DNA of 64,000 bases from positions 1-64,000 of IMG/VR virus record IMGVR_UViG_3300017917_000199, one strand, 5' to 3'. Below, piece by piece: positions 18,139 through 27,553 of this stretch. The DNA comes from a virus. Position 1 is the stretch's first letter, and the number at the start of each line of letters is the position of its first letter. The position numbers and the translations under genes are program-made. The notes under the pieces were generated by a model, which was not told the origin of the DNA, made no database searches, and was given only the letters and a program-made list of their open reading frames with translations.

Positions 18139-18731
18139 CTATTTTGCTTACCTTCAATAATTTTCTTGACCAAAGTGTGCAGCCCTGGGTTAACATGCAG
18201 TGCCTGTGGCATCAATACATTACGTACATAGTTACGCATGTATTTGGTATCTTGATTGGATTCGTCTTCGATCCAAGATACATCGTGCCTAATGCACCAA
18301 CTTTTGAATTCGTCTTTGCGTGTGGTTAAGAATGGACGCAATACGTTGTTGCGAGTTAGAGGGATAACTTTGGGTGTACCATGTAGACTTGACCAAATGT
18401 ATGTTTCAACACAATCATCCAAATGATGGCATGTGATGACTGGGCCCAAATCTTTAAAGAAGTCATAGCGTTCTCTGCGCCAATATTCTTCCTGTGATTC
18501 TGTTTTACACTTTTCGCTACGACATTGACCAAACATCATGGGAAGATTGTTGTCAGCACAATAGTTTGCAACAAACGAAAATGCCTTCTCACCATGTTCA
18601 GTTCCATGATGAAAGTACGCAATGGTTACATCGTGCTTTCGTTTGAGAAAGTCAACTACAGCCATACTGTCCACACCGCCGCTGCAGGCTACAGTAATTT
18701 GTTTGGGTAATGGGACTAGTAGTTTAATCAT
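18135..18731 (-). CDS. tilS: tRNA(Ile)-lysidine synthetase, catalytic domain only
   Basis: SGGVDS PP-loop, R.ERY, HHLDD..ET, RPFL, WIEDESN...YMRNYVR. Confidence 0.8.
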   Translation of the reverse strand: MIKLLVPLPKQITVACSGGVDSMAVVDFLKRKHDVTIAYFHHGTEHGEKAFSFVANYCADNNLPMMFGQCRSEKCKTESQEEYWRRERYDFFKDLGPVITCHHLDDCVETYIWSSLHGTPKVIPLTRNNVLRPFLTTRKDEFKSWCIRHDVSWIEDESNQDTKYMRNYVRNVLMPQALHVNPGLHTLVKKIIEGKQNS

Positions 18732-18757
18732 CTATGCAGTATAGCATAGAATGTATT

Positions 18758-19327
18758 TTATTGAAAGATGTGATGGTTATCTTTACCGTATACTTTAATG
18801 TATTTTCCAGCAAGTGCATCGGCCATCACCTCAATTGGGCTACCTGGATAGCTGTCACCTGGCTGAATCATGTTTAATTCACTTTGGCGACAATGAACCA
18901 TTTCGTGGAAAACGGTTCTAAGGATATCTACTAAGTTACGGTTCTTTGCGTATACCCAAACTTCGTTAGTTCCTTCGGTATGACGACCTGTGTGGTGACC
19001 ATCTTGTGCCTCCTCGGTGTCCATACTTAGTTCTATTTTGGGTATTGTTTTTAGATGTAGTCTGGGTGCTGCCCATTTTACAAATTTATCTACTTCATCT
19101 TGTAAATCACAAGTTGTATTCTCATCTAATTTAGACTTGATCCAATCGTCTGGAGTGCTGTGAAACTTGCGTACAAATAAATCATGTAATGCTTTACCTG
19201 TTATCTTATGCTTGCTGGCTACTTTACGCATTAATTTATCAATGGTATCATAGTCGTGTTTAGCCAAAGAAGGTAACTTCTTAGCTAATTCTATTTCAGG
19301 AGCTTCATGTATTTCAGAGTAACGCAT
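18758..19327 (-). CDS. Two-domain protein with C-terminal HExxH metallopeptidase-like domain
   Basis: TVFHEMVH and downstream EVMAD; N-terminus MRYSEIHE. Confidence 0.6.
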   Translation of the reverse strand: MRYSEIHEAPEIELAKKLPSLAKHDYDTIDKLMRKVASKHKITGKALHDLFVRKFHSTPDDWIKSKLDENTTCDLQDEVDKFVKWAAPRLHLKTIPKIELSMDTEEAQDGHHTGRHTEGTNEVWVYAKNRNLVDILRTVFHEMVHCRQSELNMIQPGDSYPGSPIEVMADALAGKYIKVYGKDNHHIFQ

Positions 19328-19338
19328 ATATGTATTTA

Positions 19339-19429
19339 TCCCCGCTTACTTTATACGGGAGCCACTAACGCGGGCTAGTGAAATATCGCGGACGCATTAC
19401 CGTACGACAACGGGCCCTAAGGTTGGGTA
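19339..19429 (-). ncRNA. Candidate structured non-coding RNA
   Basis: GC-rich intergenic 90 nt with several hairpins (CCGU/ACGG, CACUAG/UUAGUG, CCCG/CGGG); strand assumed from context. Confidence 0.4.
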
Positions 19430-19864
19430 TTAGTTACACCAGGATTGCTTTGCATCCCCATAATATTCACGTGCGTATCCGTTAGCAATTAATGCTGAAC
19501 GTAGACTTTGACCGTTTAGTATAATATCACCTAAAACACGACCACCAAACTTATCCCAATCATATAACACAACTTGGCGCTTTTGACTGGCACTGATTAA
19601 TTCTTTTGTAAACTTACTTGCTGCCTGACCACGAGCATCCTCAGCAGGACATTTTGCTCTGAATCCTTTTTCAGGAGTATCAACACCGTAGATACGAACA
19701 GCCAATTCTTTCTTCAATGGTGCTGGTAAGAATGGAGCTTCAATAACAACAGTATCACCATCACTTGCTCTTAGTATATTTGCATCATACATAACACCTT
19801 GTGGTTGCTTTTGTGCAAATGCTAATGTTGGTAATAGTAATAATGTTATTAGTAAGTTTTTCAT
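19430..19864 (-). CDS. Thermonuclease (SNase family) with signal peptide
   Basis: MKNLLITLLLLPTLAFA signal; DGDT, RIYGVDTPE, DKFGGRVLG. Confidence 0.88.
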   Translation of the reverse strand: MKNLLITLLLLPTLAFAQKQPQGVMYDANILRASDGDTVVIEAPFLPAPLKKELAVRIYGVDTPEKGFRAKCPAEDARGQAASKFTKELISASQKRQVVLYDWDKFGGRVLGDIILNGQSLRSALIANGYAREYYGDAKQSWCN

Positions 19865-20409
19865 GGTACATCCCTTGAGGTCATTGTTGAATCTATTTTT
19901 CTAAACACTTCGTTTCCAGTCCAACGCCACGGACTTTGTGCTGTTTCTTCACCTAATTCATATGCTTTGGGATTTATAAGTAAAAATTCTGTTCCGTTAC
20001 TAGACTCTCTAGTTTTTATGTCCCAGTTGGGTAGTAGACGTTTAACCATTTTAGCATACAATCCGGTGCGTGAATCACCTTTAGATGAAAATGTGATTTC
20101 TAAAACTTTGTTACCGTATTCTTCTAAAAAGTTTCTAGTAATATCTACAACAGTTGACATTACTTCTGCTGAATTTCCAGTACCTGTCTTACCAAACAAA
20201 TCTTTGTTGCCTTCATGCTCGTCATCACGCTTTACTCGAAATATAATTTCCCAACGTGTTGGATCATGTTTCAAATACGTGTATGCATACCATAGATAGT
20301 TAACGCCACCAACAGTGAAATAAGCAGTTGCTTCTTCACTGCCACGAAATCCCCATTCCCAGTTCTTACCGGGTTTGAATAATTCAGTTATAAACTCAGT
20401 AGCTCTCAT
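19861..20409 (-). CDS. Hypothetical putative head-internal protein
   Basis: N-terminus MRATEFITE; TG.G....V..TV domain shared with 24182..26383. Confidence 0.65.
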   Translation of the reverse strand: MRATEFITELFKPGKNWEWGFRGSEEATAYFTVGGVNYLWYAYTYLKHDPTRWEIIFRVKRDDEHEGNKDLFGKTGTGNSAEVMSTVVDITRNFLEEYGNKVLEITFSSKGDSRTGLYAKMVKRLLPNWDIKTRESSNGTEFLLINPKAYELGEETAQSPWRWTGNEVFRKIDSTMTSRDVP

Positions 20410-21404
20410 CTTTTATAATATTGTTGCAAGACATTGCTGTTAAATCCAACGTCAACAATGACAGGATTGCCTTTATATATGCCCCAGTTTGCGGCTCTAG
20501 TAAAGTCTCCTAACTCAACATCAAATGAACTATTCAATTCAGCAAGTTTGTTTGCATACTCGGAACAGGTTTCAATGTCATCGTCACTCATGCCTTGCTC
20601 TCGTAATTTATCTGCATAACCTTGAGGTAATCCTAGATAGCGTTTTTTACCTGTAATTGATGTTGCGTAGTTCACTAAGAAAGTTAAACTAGGACATTTT
20701 AACAAACTACACAATTGCTTTTCATTTGCCTTAGTAGCCATTTCAGTATGAATCCAACTTGGTTCACGATTCTGTTCATCATAGTCAATCAATGGGATTA
20801 GTATGCCCATTTGGCTAGCATAACCATCATCTAATATACTTGCTTCAACACTATTCTGTGCTAAGCCTTTTTGGTTCTTAGCAATTTTTAATACTGTAGG
20901 ACGACCTTCATATTCAATGATAGTAGCAACACGACTAGATCCAGTACCTAATTTCTTAGCACGGTCTAAGGCATACTGTAATCTTGACTTGAATGTAGTT
21001 TTTTGCTGACGCATCTGCTCTGGGTCCCAATCAGCCGGGAGAGGCATCTCATCAATTACTTCAGTTGCTTCCCAAACATATGCATCTTCACCGCGATGTT
21101 TATCCCAGAATCTACTACCAGCATTAGTTTGGTCGTGACTTCTATTAATAACGTAACCTTCGTTCTTTAGAAAGTCATACATTGACTTAGCAATGCCACG
21201 ATTGCGATGGTCATCATGGACCCAAAGCATTTGTGGATATAATTCTTTATCTTCTTTAACAAATTCTACGAAAGCCAATGGAGTTTTAGTAGCAGGATCA
21301 TATGCTTTGATTTTTAATGCGCTATTGTTGAAGGCATACCCCATAATCAAACCATTGTACCTGGCTATCTTTTTGTCTTCAGTAATAAACTCTGTGGCTC
21401 TCAT
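20406..21404 (-). CDS. GNAT-like plus protein-kinase-like fusion
   Basis: HRNRGIAKSMY...QTNAG..FW (GNAT); LGTGSSR, VLKIA, D....NWG, IVDVG (kinase fold). Confidence 0.6.
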   Translation of the reverse strand: MRATEFITEDKKIARYNGLIMGYAFNNSALKIKAYDPATKTPLAFVEFVKEDKELYPQMLWVHDDHRNRGIAKSMYDFLKNEGYVINRSHDQTNAGSRFWDKHRGEDAYVWEATEVIDEMPLPADWDPEQMRQQKTTFKSRLQYALDRAKKLGTGSSRVATIIEYEGRPTVLKIAKNQKGLAQNSVEASILDDGYASQMGILIPLIDYDEQNREPSWIHTEMATKANEKQLCSLLKCPSLTFLVNYATSITGKKRYLGLPQGYADKLREQGMSDDDIETCSEYANKLAELNSSFDVELGDFTRAANWGIYKGNPVIVDVGFNSNVLQQYYKR

Positions 21405-21841
21405 TCACGCTCTTTTTTCAAAATACTACGAATGAACCAAGCCTTTTTGCCGTACAAGTCTTGTAATTCAGCCATATAATTTTCAATGCCGTGTTGGTTC
21501 TCGTTAGCAGCTTCATCAAACATTGCTGTTACTAATTGAAGCATTGTTTCACAATCCTGCAATGTTTCAGCGAACATTAGTTCAGCACGAGGAATCTTTG
21601 TTTGGTCTTGAATGATTGATAACTGACTGTAACGAGTTAAACTACCGGGTGTGTAATGGCCTAGTATTCTGATATATTCTGCAATCTTGTCGATAGTACC
21701 TGCTACATCACCGTATAAGTTATCAAAAAACTCGTGGTATTGCGGAAAGTTGGAACCTTCTACGTTCCAATGAAAATTTTGACTTTTAATAGCAAAACTC
21801 TGTGTGCTTGCTAGTAACACTTTTAAATTGTCTGATAACAT
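21401..21841 (-). CDS. dps: Dps family ferritin-like protein
   Basis: FHWNVEG.NF..YHEFF, D.IAEYI, WFI; start MLSDNLK preferred. Confidence 0.88.
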   Translation of the reverse strand: MLSDNLKVLLASTQSFAIKSQNFHWNVEGSNFPQYHEFFDNLYGDVAGTIDKIAEYIRILGHYTPGSLTRYSQLSIIQDQTKIPRAELMFAETLQDCETMLQLVTAMFDEAANENQHGIENYMAELQDLYGKKAWFIRSILKKERE

Positions 21842-21887
21842 TATCTTGGGTATCCTTTTAAATTCCAATAGAAGTCATAATCTTTCA

Positions 21888-23309
21888 TTATTTAAGGCCT
21901 TTCATAATGGCACTTTCGTTTTTCTTCTTGCCAGCGCAATGTGCTTTTTGACTGAAGCCTTTAGGATTGCTACAGTTGATGCTGTCTTTGTATTTTTGAC
22001 TCCACTTTTCATCAATCTGTTCTTCTTCAATACTTTCACTCTTTGTGCCCCAGTTGTTAGCGCCTTTTTTACGACACTGAACTAGTGCACCGCTTGCATA
22101 AGCACTAGGCCATACTTTATAACGGCTCTTTACTTTATAGTAGCAAGCATCTTTCTTTTCGTTGATTAACAACTCACTGAACATAGGTCCACCGCATTCT
22201 GGGCATTGCTGTGCTTCTTCGACCTCTTGTTCTTCGTTGGTATTCTTTACACAGTTTGGATATTTCTTACCAAACATAGTTTTCATACCTTCTTTGTGAT
22301 AGCCTTTCCAACATGCTTCGTCTAACTTATCTTGTAACTTGTTCAACGCTAATTCAAGTTCTTGGACTCTTACTCCGCGACCTTGTTCTTTAGCTATTGC
22401 AATAAGATTCTTTAGACTATTAATCTTATCTTGTAGCATCGTTTCTTTAGTCGTTGGACTAGCATTGTCTAATGCACCTTCGTTACTCTTTTTCTTAGTA
22501 GCAACATTCTTAGCAGGACCTCTGCGTTCTGGATTAGGATCTTCTCTACGCTTTTTAGCAGCCGCATACTTACGGCCCTTCTTACCTAAGGCATGCGCTT
22601 TAGCTTGTGGCAAACACTTTGGCTTACCTTCACTATCATCACCTCTAGCACAAGCACCGCGAATCTTACCATCTGGACCAAATCTTACCCATTTTTCTTT
22701 GAACCATTTGCGTAAGTTTTCATCTACTTGTTCTTCCGCCACACCTTCTTCTTTCTTGGGTGTATTGACTGGAACAGTTTTATATACACGCTTTACAGGA
22801 TCCCAAACAGTTTTGCGTTCACCTTGTTTAGCCATTTGCTTTAACGCTTGAACCGCTGATTGAAATTTAGGACCATAGTCAGCTTCTTTAGTTTCGTTCA
22901 TACCTTCAGCATTGCTGATACGCTTTTTTAGTTGACTGATTTGGTCAGCAATTCTTTGCTGCTTACTTACAAATGAATAGTCATCGCTGTATTGATAGTT
23001 AGGATCAAAGCCTTTTTGTAACTGTGCTAGTTGTGCTTTTAGTTGTTCAACATTTTGTTTGTCAGCTTGCATACTAGCTTGCTGTTGTTGTTTTGCAGCA
23101 TCAGTACTTGCTTGCTGTTTTGCACGTTGAGCCTCATCATCCTGTGCTTGCATTACTTTTTCAGCAAAGTATTTGTCATCAGCAGGAATACCATACTTCT
23201 TTGAGTATGCATCTATATTTTTTAATATGTCAGCCTTGCGAGTTCTATACTCTTGCTGCATGGCTGCAATATCAACAGCTTCGGTTAAACCTTTGACAAT
23301 GTTGCTCAT
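21888..23309 (-). CDS. Modular protein of short basic Cys-containing modules
   Basis: LRKWFKEKW, CWKGY..PNCV, DACY..VWPSAYASG, KWSQKYK.SINC.NPKGFSQ modules separated by acidic linkers. Confidence 0.75.
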   Translation of the reverse strand: MSNIVKGLTEAVDIAAMQQEYRTRKADILKNIDAYSKKYGIPADDKYFAEKVMQAQDDEAQRAKQQASTDAAKQQQQASMQADKQNVEQLKAQLAQLQKGFDPNYQYSDDYSFVSKQQRIADQISQLKKRISNAEGMNETKEADYGPKFQSAVQALKQMAKQGERKTVWDPVKRVYKTVPVNTPKKEEGVAEEQVDENLRKWFKEKWVRFGPDGKIRGACARGDDSEGKPKCLPQAKAHALGKKGRKYAAAKKRREDPNPERRGPAKNVATKKKSNEGALDNASPTTKETMLQDKINSLKNLIAIAKEQGRGVRVQELELALNKLQDKLDEACWKGYHKEGMKTMFGKKYPNCVKNTNEEQEVEEAQQCPECGGPMFSELLINEKKDACYYKVKSRYKVWPSAYASGALVQCRKKGANNWGTKSESIEEEQIDEKWSQKYKDSINCSNPKGFSQKAHCAGKKKNESAIMKGLK

Positions 23310-23310
23310 A

Positions 23311-24138
23311 TTAATCTTTCTTTACTTTCTCGGGAAGACCCTTGTGTTTTGTCTTAGCAAAATCTTTTGCTGCTTTCTTTGGCATTGATTTAGCTACTTT
23401 AGCAACTTCTTTGCTAGGAGCCTTCATATCACCCTTTTGTACAGCATGTACCATGCCCATGAATTTTTGTTGTTTTTTGCTTACAGCTTTTTCATTAACT
23501 TTTTCTGATTCATTTGCCATGCCACCTGCGATGACACCACCTGGAGACATTTCATCAATGACATGTTCATAATCTTTCATGCTTAGTGTTTTACCACGAC
23601 TACCTCTAGCAACTAATTTCTCTGCTAGGTCATGTAGATCCATATCAGTGTTAGCGTCTTCTCTTGCGTATTCTAATAATCTGATTAATAATGGAACATC
23701 TAATTTAACTGTATCTGTGGGGTTCATTGAATTTTCAGGTTTACTCAACAATCCAGGCTTTAGCTTATGACCTTTGCCTACAGCAATAATCTTATCTTCT
23801 TCATGTAAGTCAGCTTCTTTGACAGGCTCAGGCTTATTTTTCATTTCTTTACGAACTTCAGCCTTAGTCTTGCCATACTTCTTTTTGAATTCTTCGTCTG
23901 ATAAACCATCAGGACCACCTTTTAAATCCATAGAAAGTTGCTTTACAGCACCTTCTGTAATTGAATTAGCGAATGGTTTACTTGTTTTCTTGCCCTTGAA
24001 TAAACTACCTACTTTTTGATCTCCGTAGATACTAGCGTTTCTTGTTTTAGTTGCGCCTAAGGGACTTGATACTGTAGCTACAGAACCTGAGCCAGTAGCT
24101 CCTGCAGAAGTTTCAGTAATTATTTGATTGATTTTCAT
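23311..24138 (-). CDS. Modular putative head-internal protein
   Basis: MKINQIITE; DVPLLIRLLEYAREDA and AVSKKQQKFMG...KHKGLPEKV modules. Confidence 0.7.
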   Translation of the reverse strand: MKINQIITETSAGATGSGSVATVSSPLGATKTRNASIYGDQKVGSLFKGKKTSKPFANSITEGAVKQLSMDLKGGPDGLSDEEFKKKYGKTKAEVRKEMKNKPEPVKEADLHEEDKIIAVGKGHKLKPGLLSKPENSMNPTDTVKLDVPLLIRLLEYAREDANTDMDLHDLAEKLVARGSRGKTLSMKDYEHVIDEMSPGGVIAGGMANESEKVNEKAVSKKQQKFMGMVHAVQKGDMKAPSKEVAKVAKSMPKKAAKDFAKTKHKGLPEKVKKD

Positions 24139-24181
24139 AGGAATTCCAAAGTTATATAGTATTTATCAAAATACTAAACTA

Positions 24182-26383
24182 TTAGAACTTCCCATCGGGT
24201 CTCGCTGTTGGGGGTATACCTGCACGACTTACTTTGCTGTAAAACGCTTTTGCGTTCTTTTTGATACTGTCGGGCTTAACATCTACTGTTAATGCTGTTT
24301 TAAAACGAGGATCGTTTTTCTCTTTTTCGCTAGGGATGTATCCTGAGGCTTCTGCTACATTCTGCTTTCTAGTCAATTTAAACACAACACCTTCATCACG
24401 GTCAATAGCTTGTGCATTATACCCCCATTGTTGAGCATAGCGTTTTACTAGTCTATCATATAGTTTAGCTCTACTCATTTCATTCTGTCCAGGCTCAACT
24501 TCTTTACTAGCAGAGAATGATATATTTGTCGGTTGTTCCATTTTCAAGAATTCTTGTATGGCGTGTAGTACAGTAGCAAATACTCTTTGAGCGTCACCTT
24601 CACCTGTTAATTCTAGATTGTTATTTCTCCAAAATGTAATAACAACATCGTCAGGTGACTCATGGTCAAACATGATGGTCAATGGGGTACCATCTGGGAG
24701 TTTTGTCATTGCATCATAATCACCATACTCACTCTTTTCCCATTTAATGGGGTAGGGTTGGTCGAATGCTTCTGCTATTGAACCACGAAATTGATTGTCT
24801 TTTAAACCACCATATGGATTTACTGGAGGTGTTTTTTCACTAGCAAATCGTAATGTATCATCTTCTTCAATAGAAGCATTTTTCTCAAAACCCTTCCACA
24901 TTGCTTTACCTGCAGGAGTTTGTGTGCCGCTAGGTCTAATATCATTGCCCATTGATTTGACCCACTTATAGACTTCTGTTGCGATACCCTTCTTTTGATA
25001 TTCACTCCAAACACTGACATTGCCAGCTAATACATATGGGTCTTTTTTCTTGGCAAATTTGCTGAATATTTTATACTTAGGTTCAGGTTCATAGTCATGC
25101 ACAACGAATCTAAAATATCCTATCTTTTTACCGTCAGGTGTAATTACATCAATTCTAAACTGTTGAGGATATTCATCCGTAACGTTTTGAGCTACTAACT
25201 TTAATGGACCTACATCTTTAATGTCAATTTCTTTTTCAGCGTGAAAGTCTTTTTTAACTACTTCTGGATTAATCTTTTCATTTACATTATATGTAGGATC
25301 AACCTTCTGACGCTTCATGCCCTTAGGTTGATTCTTATCTAATGGATCAATATCAGTTGTTGTAAGACCCGTTTTTTCTAAATCTTGTATGTACTCGTGT
25401 TCTTCTGGTTCGCTGCCAAATGACATTATAGTGCTTGGTGGACCTTGACCAAAGTCATGGTGACCTAATCCTTTTAAGTTGCTGATATGTTGTCCTAGTT
25501 TATACCAGTCATAAACATCACTTACATCTACCTTTACTGTACCAGCTGGCATAGTAGGTTTGAATTCTGGTCCAGGTGGAGGACCGTTTGGATCATAATC
25601 TTCATCGGCAATCTTAGAAAACTCTTTAGATAGTTTGTCTTTAAGTTTATTTTGTTCTGGCTTCTTATACATAGTTTCAATAGTTAAAATTTCACTATGT
25701 AACTTGTCTCTAAGTGCATAAAGTTTTTGAATATATCCTTGACTACGCAATGCTTTAAATGCTAAATTCTCGGGACCAAACTCGCCTCCCTTATCTAACC
25801 CTGCTTGTCTATATTGTTTTATTTTCTTTAGTACTTTATTAACTTTATCTATGTCACTGGATTTTAATGCTCGTTTTATGATATCTAATAATTTATCGTA
25901 TTTTGCTTTTGAGGCGGTTTGGTCAAAATTTGCTCTACGCTTAGTGGGGATTCTAAGCCATTTATCATTCAATATACTGTACTCACCTAGACTTACGACT
26001 GGTTCTCTGGCGTCTTGTACGTATAATTCTACTGGAACCCCGTGGATAGTAATATCGTGACTGTCGTTATAAATTGATTTTTTAGCTTGGAATAATTCCT
26101 TATAGACTTCATTTTGTGGCAAGTTGCCTAAGTCTACAAGAATGTGTAAATCTAAATCTGAGTGCTTTGTGTAGCTATATGCAGCGTTTGAACCTGATAC
26201 TGTGATATCCTTAACATCTAAATCGTGGATGCCTAGTTCTTCTATAAAATCCTGTGCTATCAATAATAGTTGTTTTTTAACTTTAGGACGCAATTTCTGC
26301 CCAGCCCATAGTTTAGGGTTGAGTTCATCGTGAAAAGTAACCGCATCTGAAAGTTTAAAACTGTGTAGTTCGTTTAATTGCAT
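24182..26383 (-). CDS. Multidomain protein: Pol-beta-type nucleotidyltransferase, GNAT-like and unknown domains
   Basis: GSNAAYSYTKHSDLDLH...VELY; YQKKGIATEVY...QTPAGKAMW. Confidence 0.7.
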   Translation of the reverse strand: MQLNELHSFKLSDAVTFHDELNPKLWAGQKLRPKVKKQLLLIAQDFIEELGIHDLDVKDITVSGSNAAYSYTKHSDLDLHILVDLGNLPQNEVYKELFQAKKSIYNDSHDITIHGVPVELYVQDAREPVVSLGEYSILNDKWLRIPTKRRANFDQTASKAKYDKLLDIIKRALKSSDIDKVNKVLKKIKQYRQAGLDKGGEFGPENLAFKALRSQGYIQKLYALRDKLHSEILTIETMYKKPEQNKLKDKLSKEFSKIADEDYDPNGPPPGPEFKPTMPAGTVKVDVSDVYDWYKLGQHISNLKGLGHHDFGQGPPSTIMSFGSEPEEHEYIQDLEKTGLTTTDIDPLDKNQPKGMKRQKVDPTYNVNEKINPEVVKKDFHAEKEIDIKDVGPLKLVAQNVTDEYPQQFRIDVITPDGKKIGYFRFVVHDYEPEPKYKIFSKFAKKKDPYVLAGNVSVWSEYQKKGIATEVYKWVKSMGNDIRPSGTQTPAGKAMWKGFEKNASIEEDDTLRFASEKTPPVNPYGGLKDNQFRGSIAEAFDQPYPIKWEKSEYGDYDAMTKLPDGTPLTIMFDHESPDDVVITFWRNNNLELTGEGDAQRVFATVLHAIQEFLKMEQPTNISFSASKEVEPGQNEMSRAKLYDRLVKRYAQQWGYNAQAIDRDEGVVFKLTRKQNVAEASGYIPSEKEKNDPRFKTALTVDVKPDSIKKNAKAFYSKVSRAGIPPTARPDGKF

Positions 26384-26404
26384 AATATGTATTTATGCAA
26401 TTAT

Positions 26405-26488
26405 TTACTGTTTAGGTTGTTTGTTTTCAGGAATAGGTTGCTTTGGAAGTGGGGGATATTTTGGTGGTCTGTGCCTAAACCAAGACAT
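26405..26488 (-). CDS. 27-aa proline-rich basic peptide MSWFRHRPPKYPPLPKQPIPENKQPKQ
   Basis: Manual translation; SD AAGGAG (26495-26500) and TAAATA (26505-26510) upstream. Confidence 0.6.
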   Translation of the reverse strand: MSWFRHRPPKYPPLPKQPIPENKQPKQ

Positions 26489-26516
26489 TTTGTTCTCCTT
26501 CTTGTATTTAGCGAAT

Positions 26517-26543
26517 CCATTAAAAAAGCCCCTTTCGGGGCTA
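26517..26543 (-). terminator. Rho-independent terminator, copy 1 of a 27-bp direct repeat
   Basis: GCCCC-GAAA-GGGGC-TTTTTT on minus strand; identical to 27638-27664. Confidence 0.85.
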
Positions 26544-26545
26544 TT

Positions 26546-27553
26546 TTACTTAATTTGACTCCAAACTCTTTCACGTATCTGTTTTGTTAGACTGTCTGGT
26601 AATGGTACATAATCTAAGTCTGTAGCATCTTTCTTGCCATTCTTAAACGCCCAGTCAAAGAACTTTAATACTTCTTGGCTTCTTGCTTTATTGTCTGGAT
26701 TTTTGTACATAATCACAAAGCTAGCACTAGAGATAGGCCAAGCATTTTGACCCTTTTGATCCACAATGCTTACACCCATACCAGGAACACTAAACCAATC
26801 AGCACCGTCAGCAGCGGCAGCAAATGTAGTATCGTCTGGGTCAACGAATTTACCTGCACGATTTTGTAACTGTAGATAATTCATATTGTTCTTTTTGACA
26901 TACGCATACTCTACGTAACCAATCGCACCTTTAACTCTATTAACGTTAGCTGCAACACCTTCATTGCCTTTACCACCTACACTGCTTGCAGCTGGCCACT
27001 TGACAGCAGCACCCTTACCTACTTTGTCACTCCACTCTTTACTGACTGCTGCTAGGTAGTCTGTAAAGTTGAATGTTGTTCCGCTGCCATCAGCACGATG
27101 AACTACTGTGATATTTGTATCAGGTAATTTTTTTCCTGGATTTAGTGCAACTAACTTGCTGTCATTCCATTTAGTGATTGTACCTAGATATACTTCTGCT
27201 AGTACAGGGCCAGTAATCTTTAACTCACCTGGTTTGAAACCTTCTAAGTTAATTACAGGAACTGTTCCACCTATAATTGTAGGGAACTGTACTTGATTGT
27301 TCTTATCTAAATCTTCACCTTTGACTGGTGCATCACTTGCTCCAAAGTCAACAGTTTTCATATTAATTTGTTTGATACCACCTGAACTACCGATGCTTTG
27401 ATAATTTAAATTATTTCCAGTTGCTTTCTTATAGCTTTCAGCCCACTTAGCATAAACTGGATACGGGAAAGTCGCGCCAGCGCCTGTAATGTCCGCACTG
27501 AATGCGACTGTTGATATTAACAATGCACCTAAAAGTGTTGTCAGTTTTTTCAT
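26546..27553 (-). CDS. pstS: Phosphate ABC transporter substrate-binding protein
   Basis: GAGATFPYP, YQSIGSSGG, DFGASD, RADGSGTT, GKGNEGV; signal peptide from ATG 27553 with SD AAGGAG. Confidence 0.95.
   Translation of the reverse strand: MKKLTTLLGALLISTVAFSADITGAGATFPYPVYAKWAESYKKATGNNLNYQSIGSSGGIKQINMKTVDFGASDAPVKGEDLDKNNQVQFPTIIGGTVPVINLEGFKPGELKITGPVLAEVYLGTITKWNDSKLVALNPGKKLPDTNITVVHRADGSGTTFNFTDYLAAVSKEWSDKVGKGAAVKWPAASSVGGKGNEGVAANVNRVKGAIGYVEYAYVKKNNMNYLQLQNRAGKFVDPDDTTFAAAADGADWFSVPGMGVSIVDQKGQNAWPISSASFVIMYKNPDNKARSQEVLKFFDWAFKNGKKDATDLDYVPLPDSLTKQIRERVWSQIK

Noticed and set aside
18135-18731. PP-loop SGGVDS protein as the missing QueC
   Set aside because: It has TilS-specific motifs (HHLDD..ET, RPFL, ED.SN, RN..R) and lacks the QueC C-terminal Zn-binding Cys cluster
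19339-19429. Assignment of the GC-rich element to pistol, twister, hammerhead or tRNA
   Set aside because: UUAGGG has no CCCUAA partner, the twister pseudoknot partners are missing, and there is no CUGANGA core or cloverleaf with a T-loop; kept as an unassigned RNA candidate
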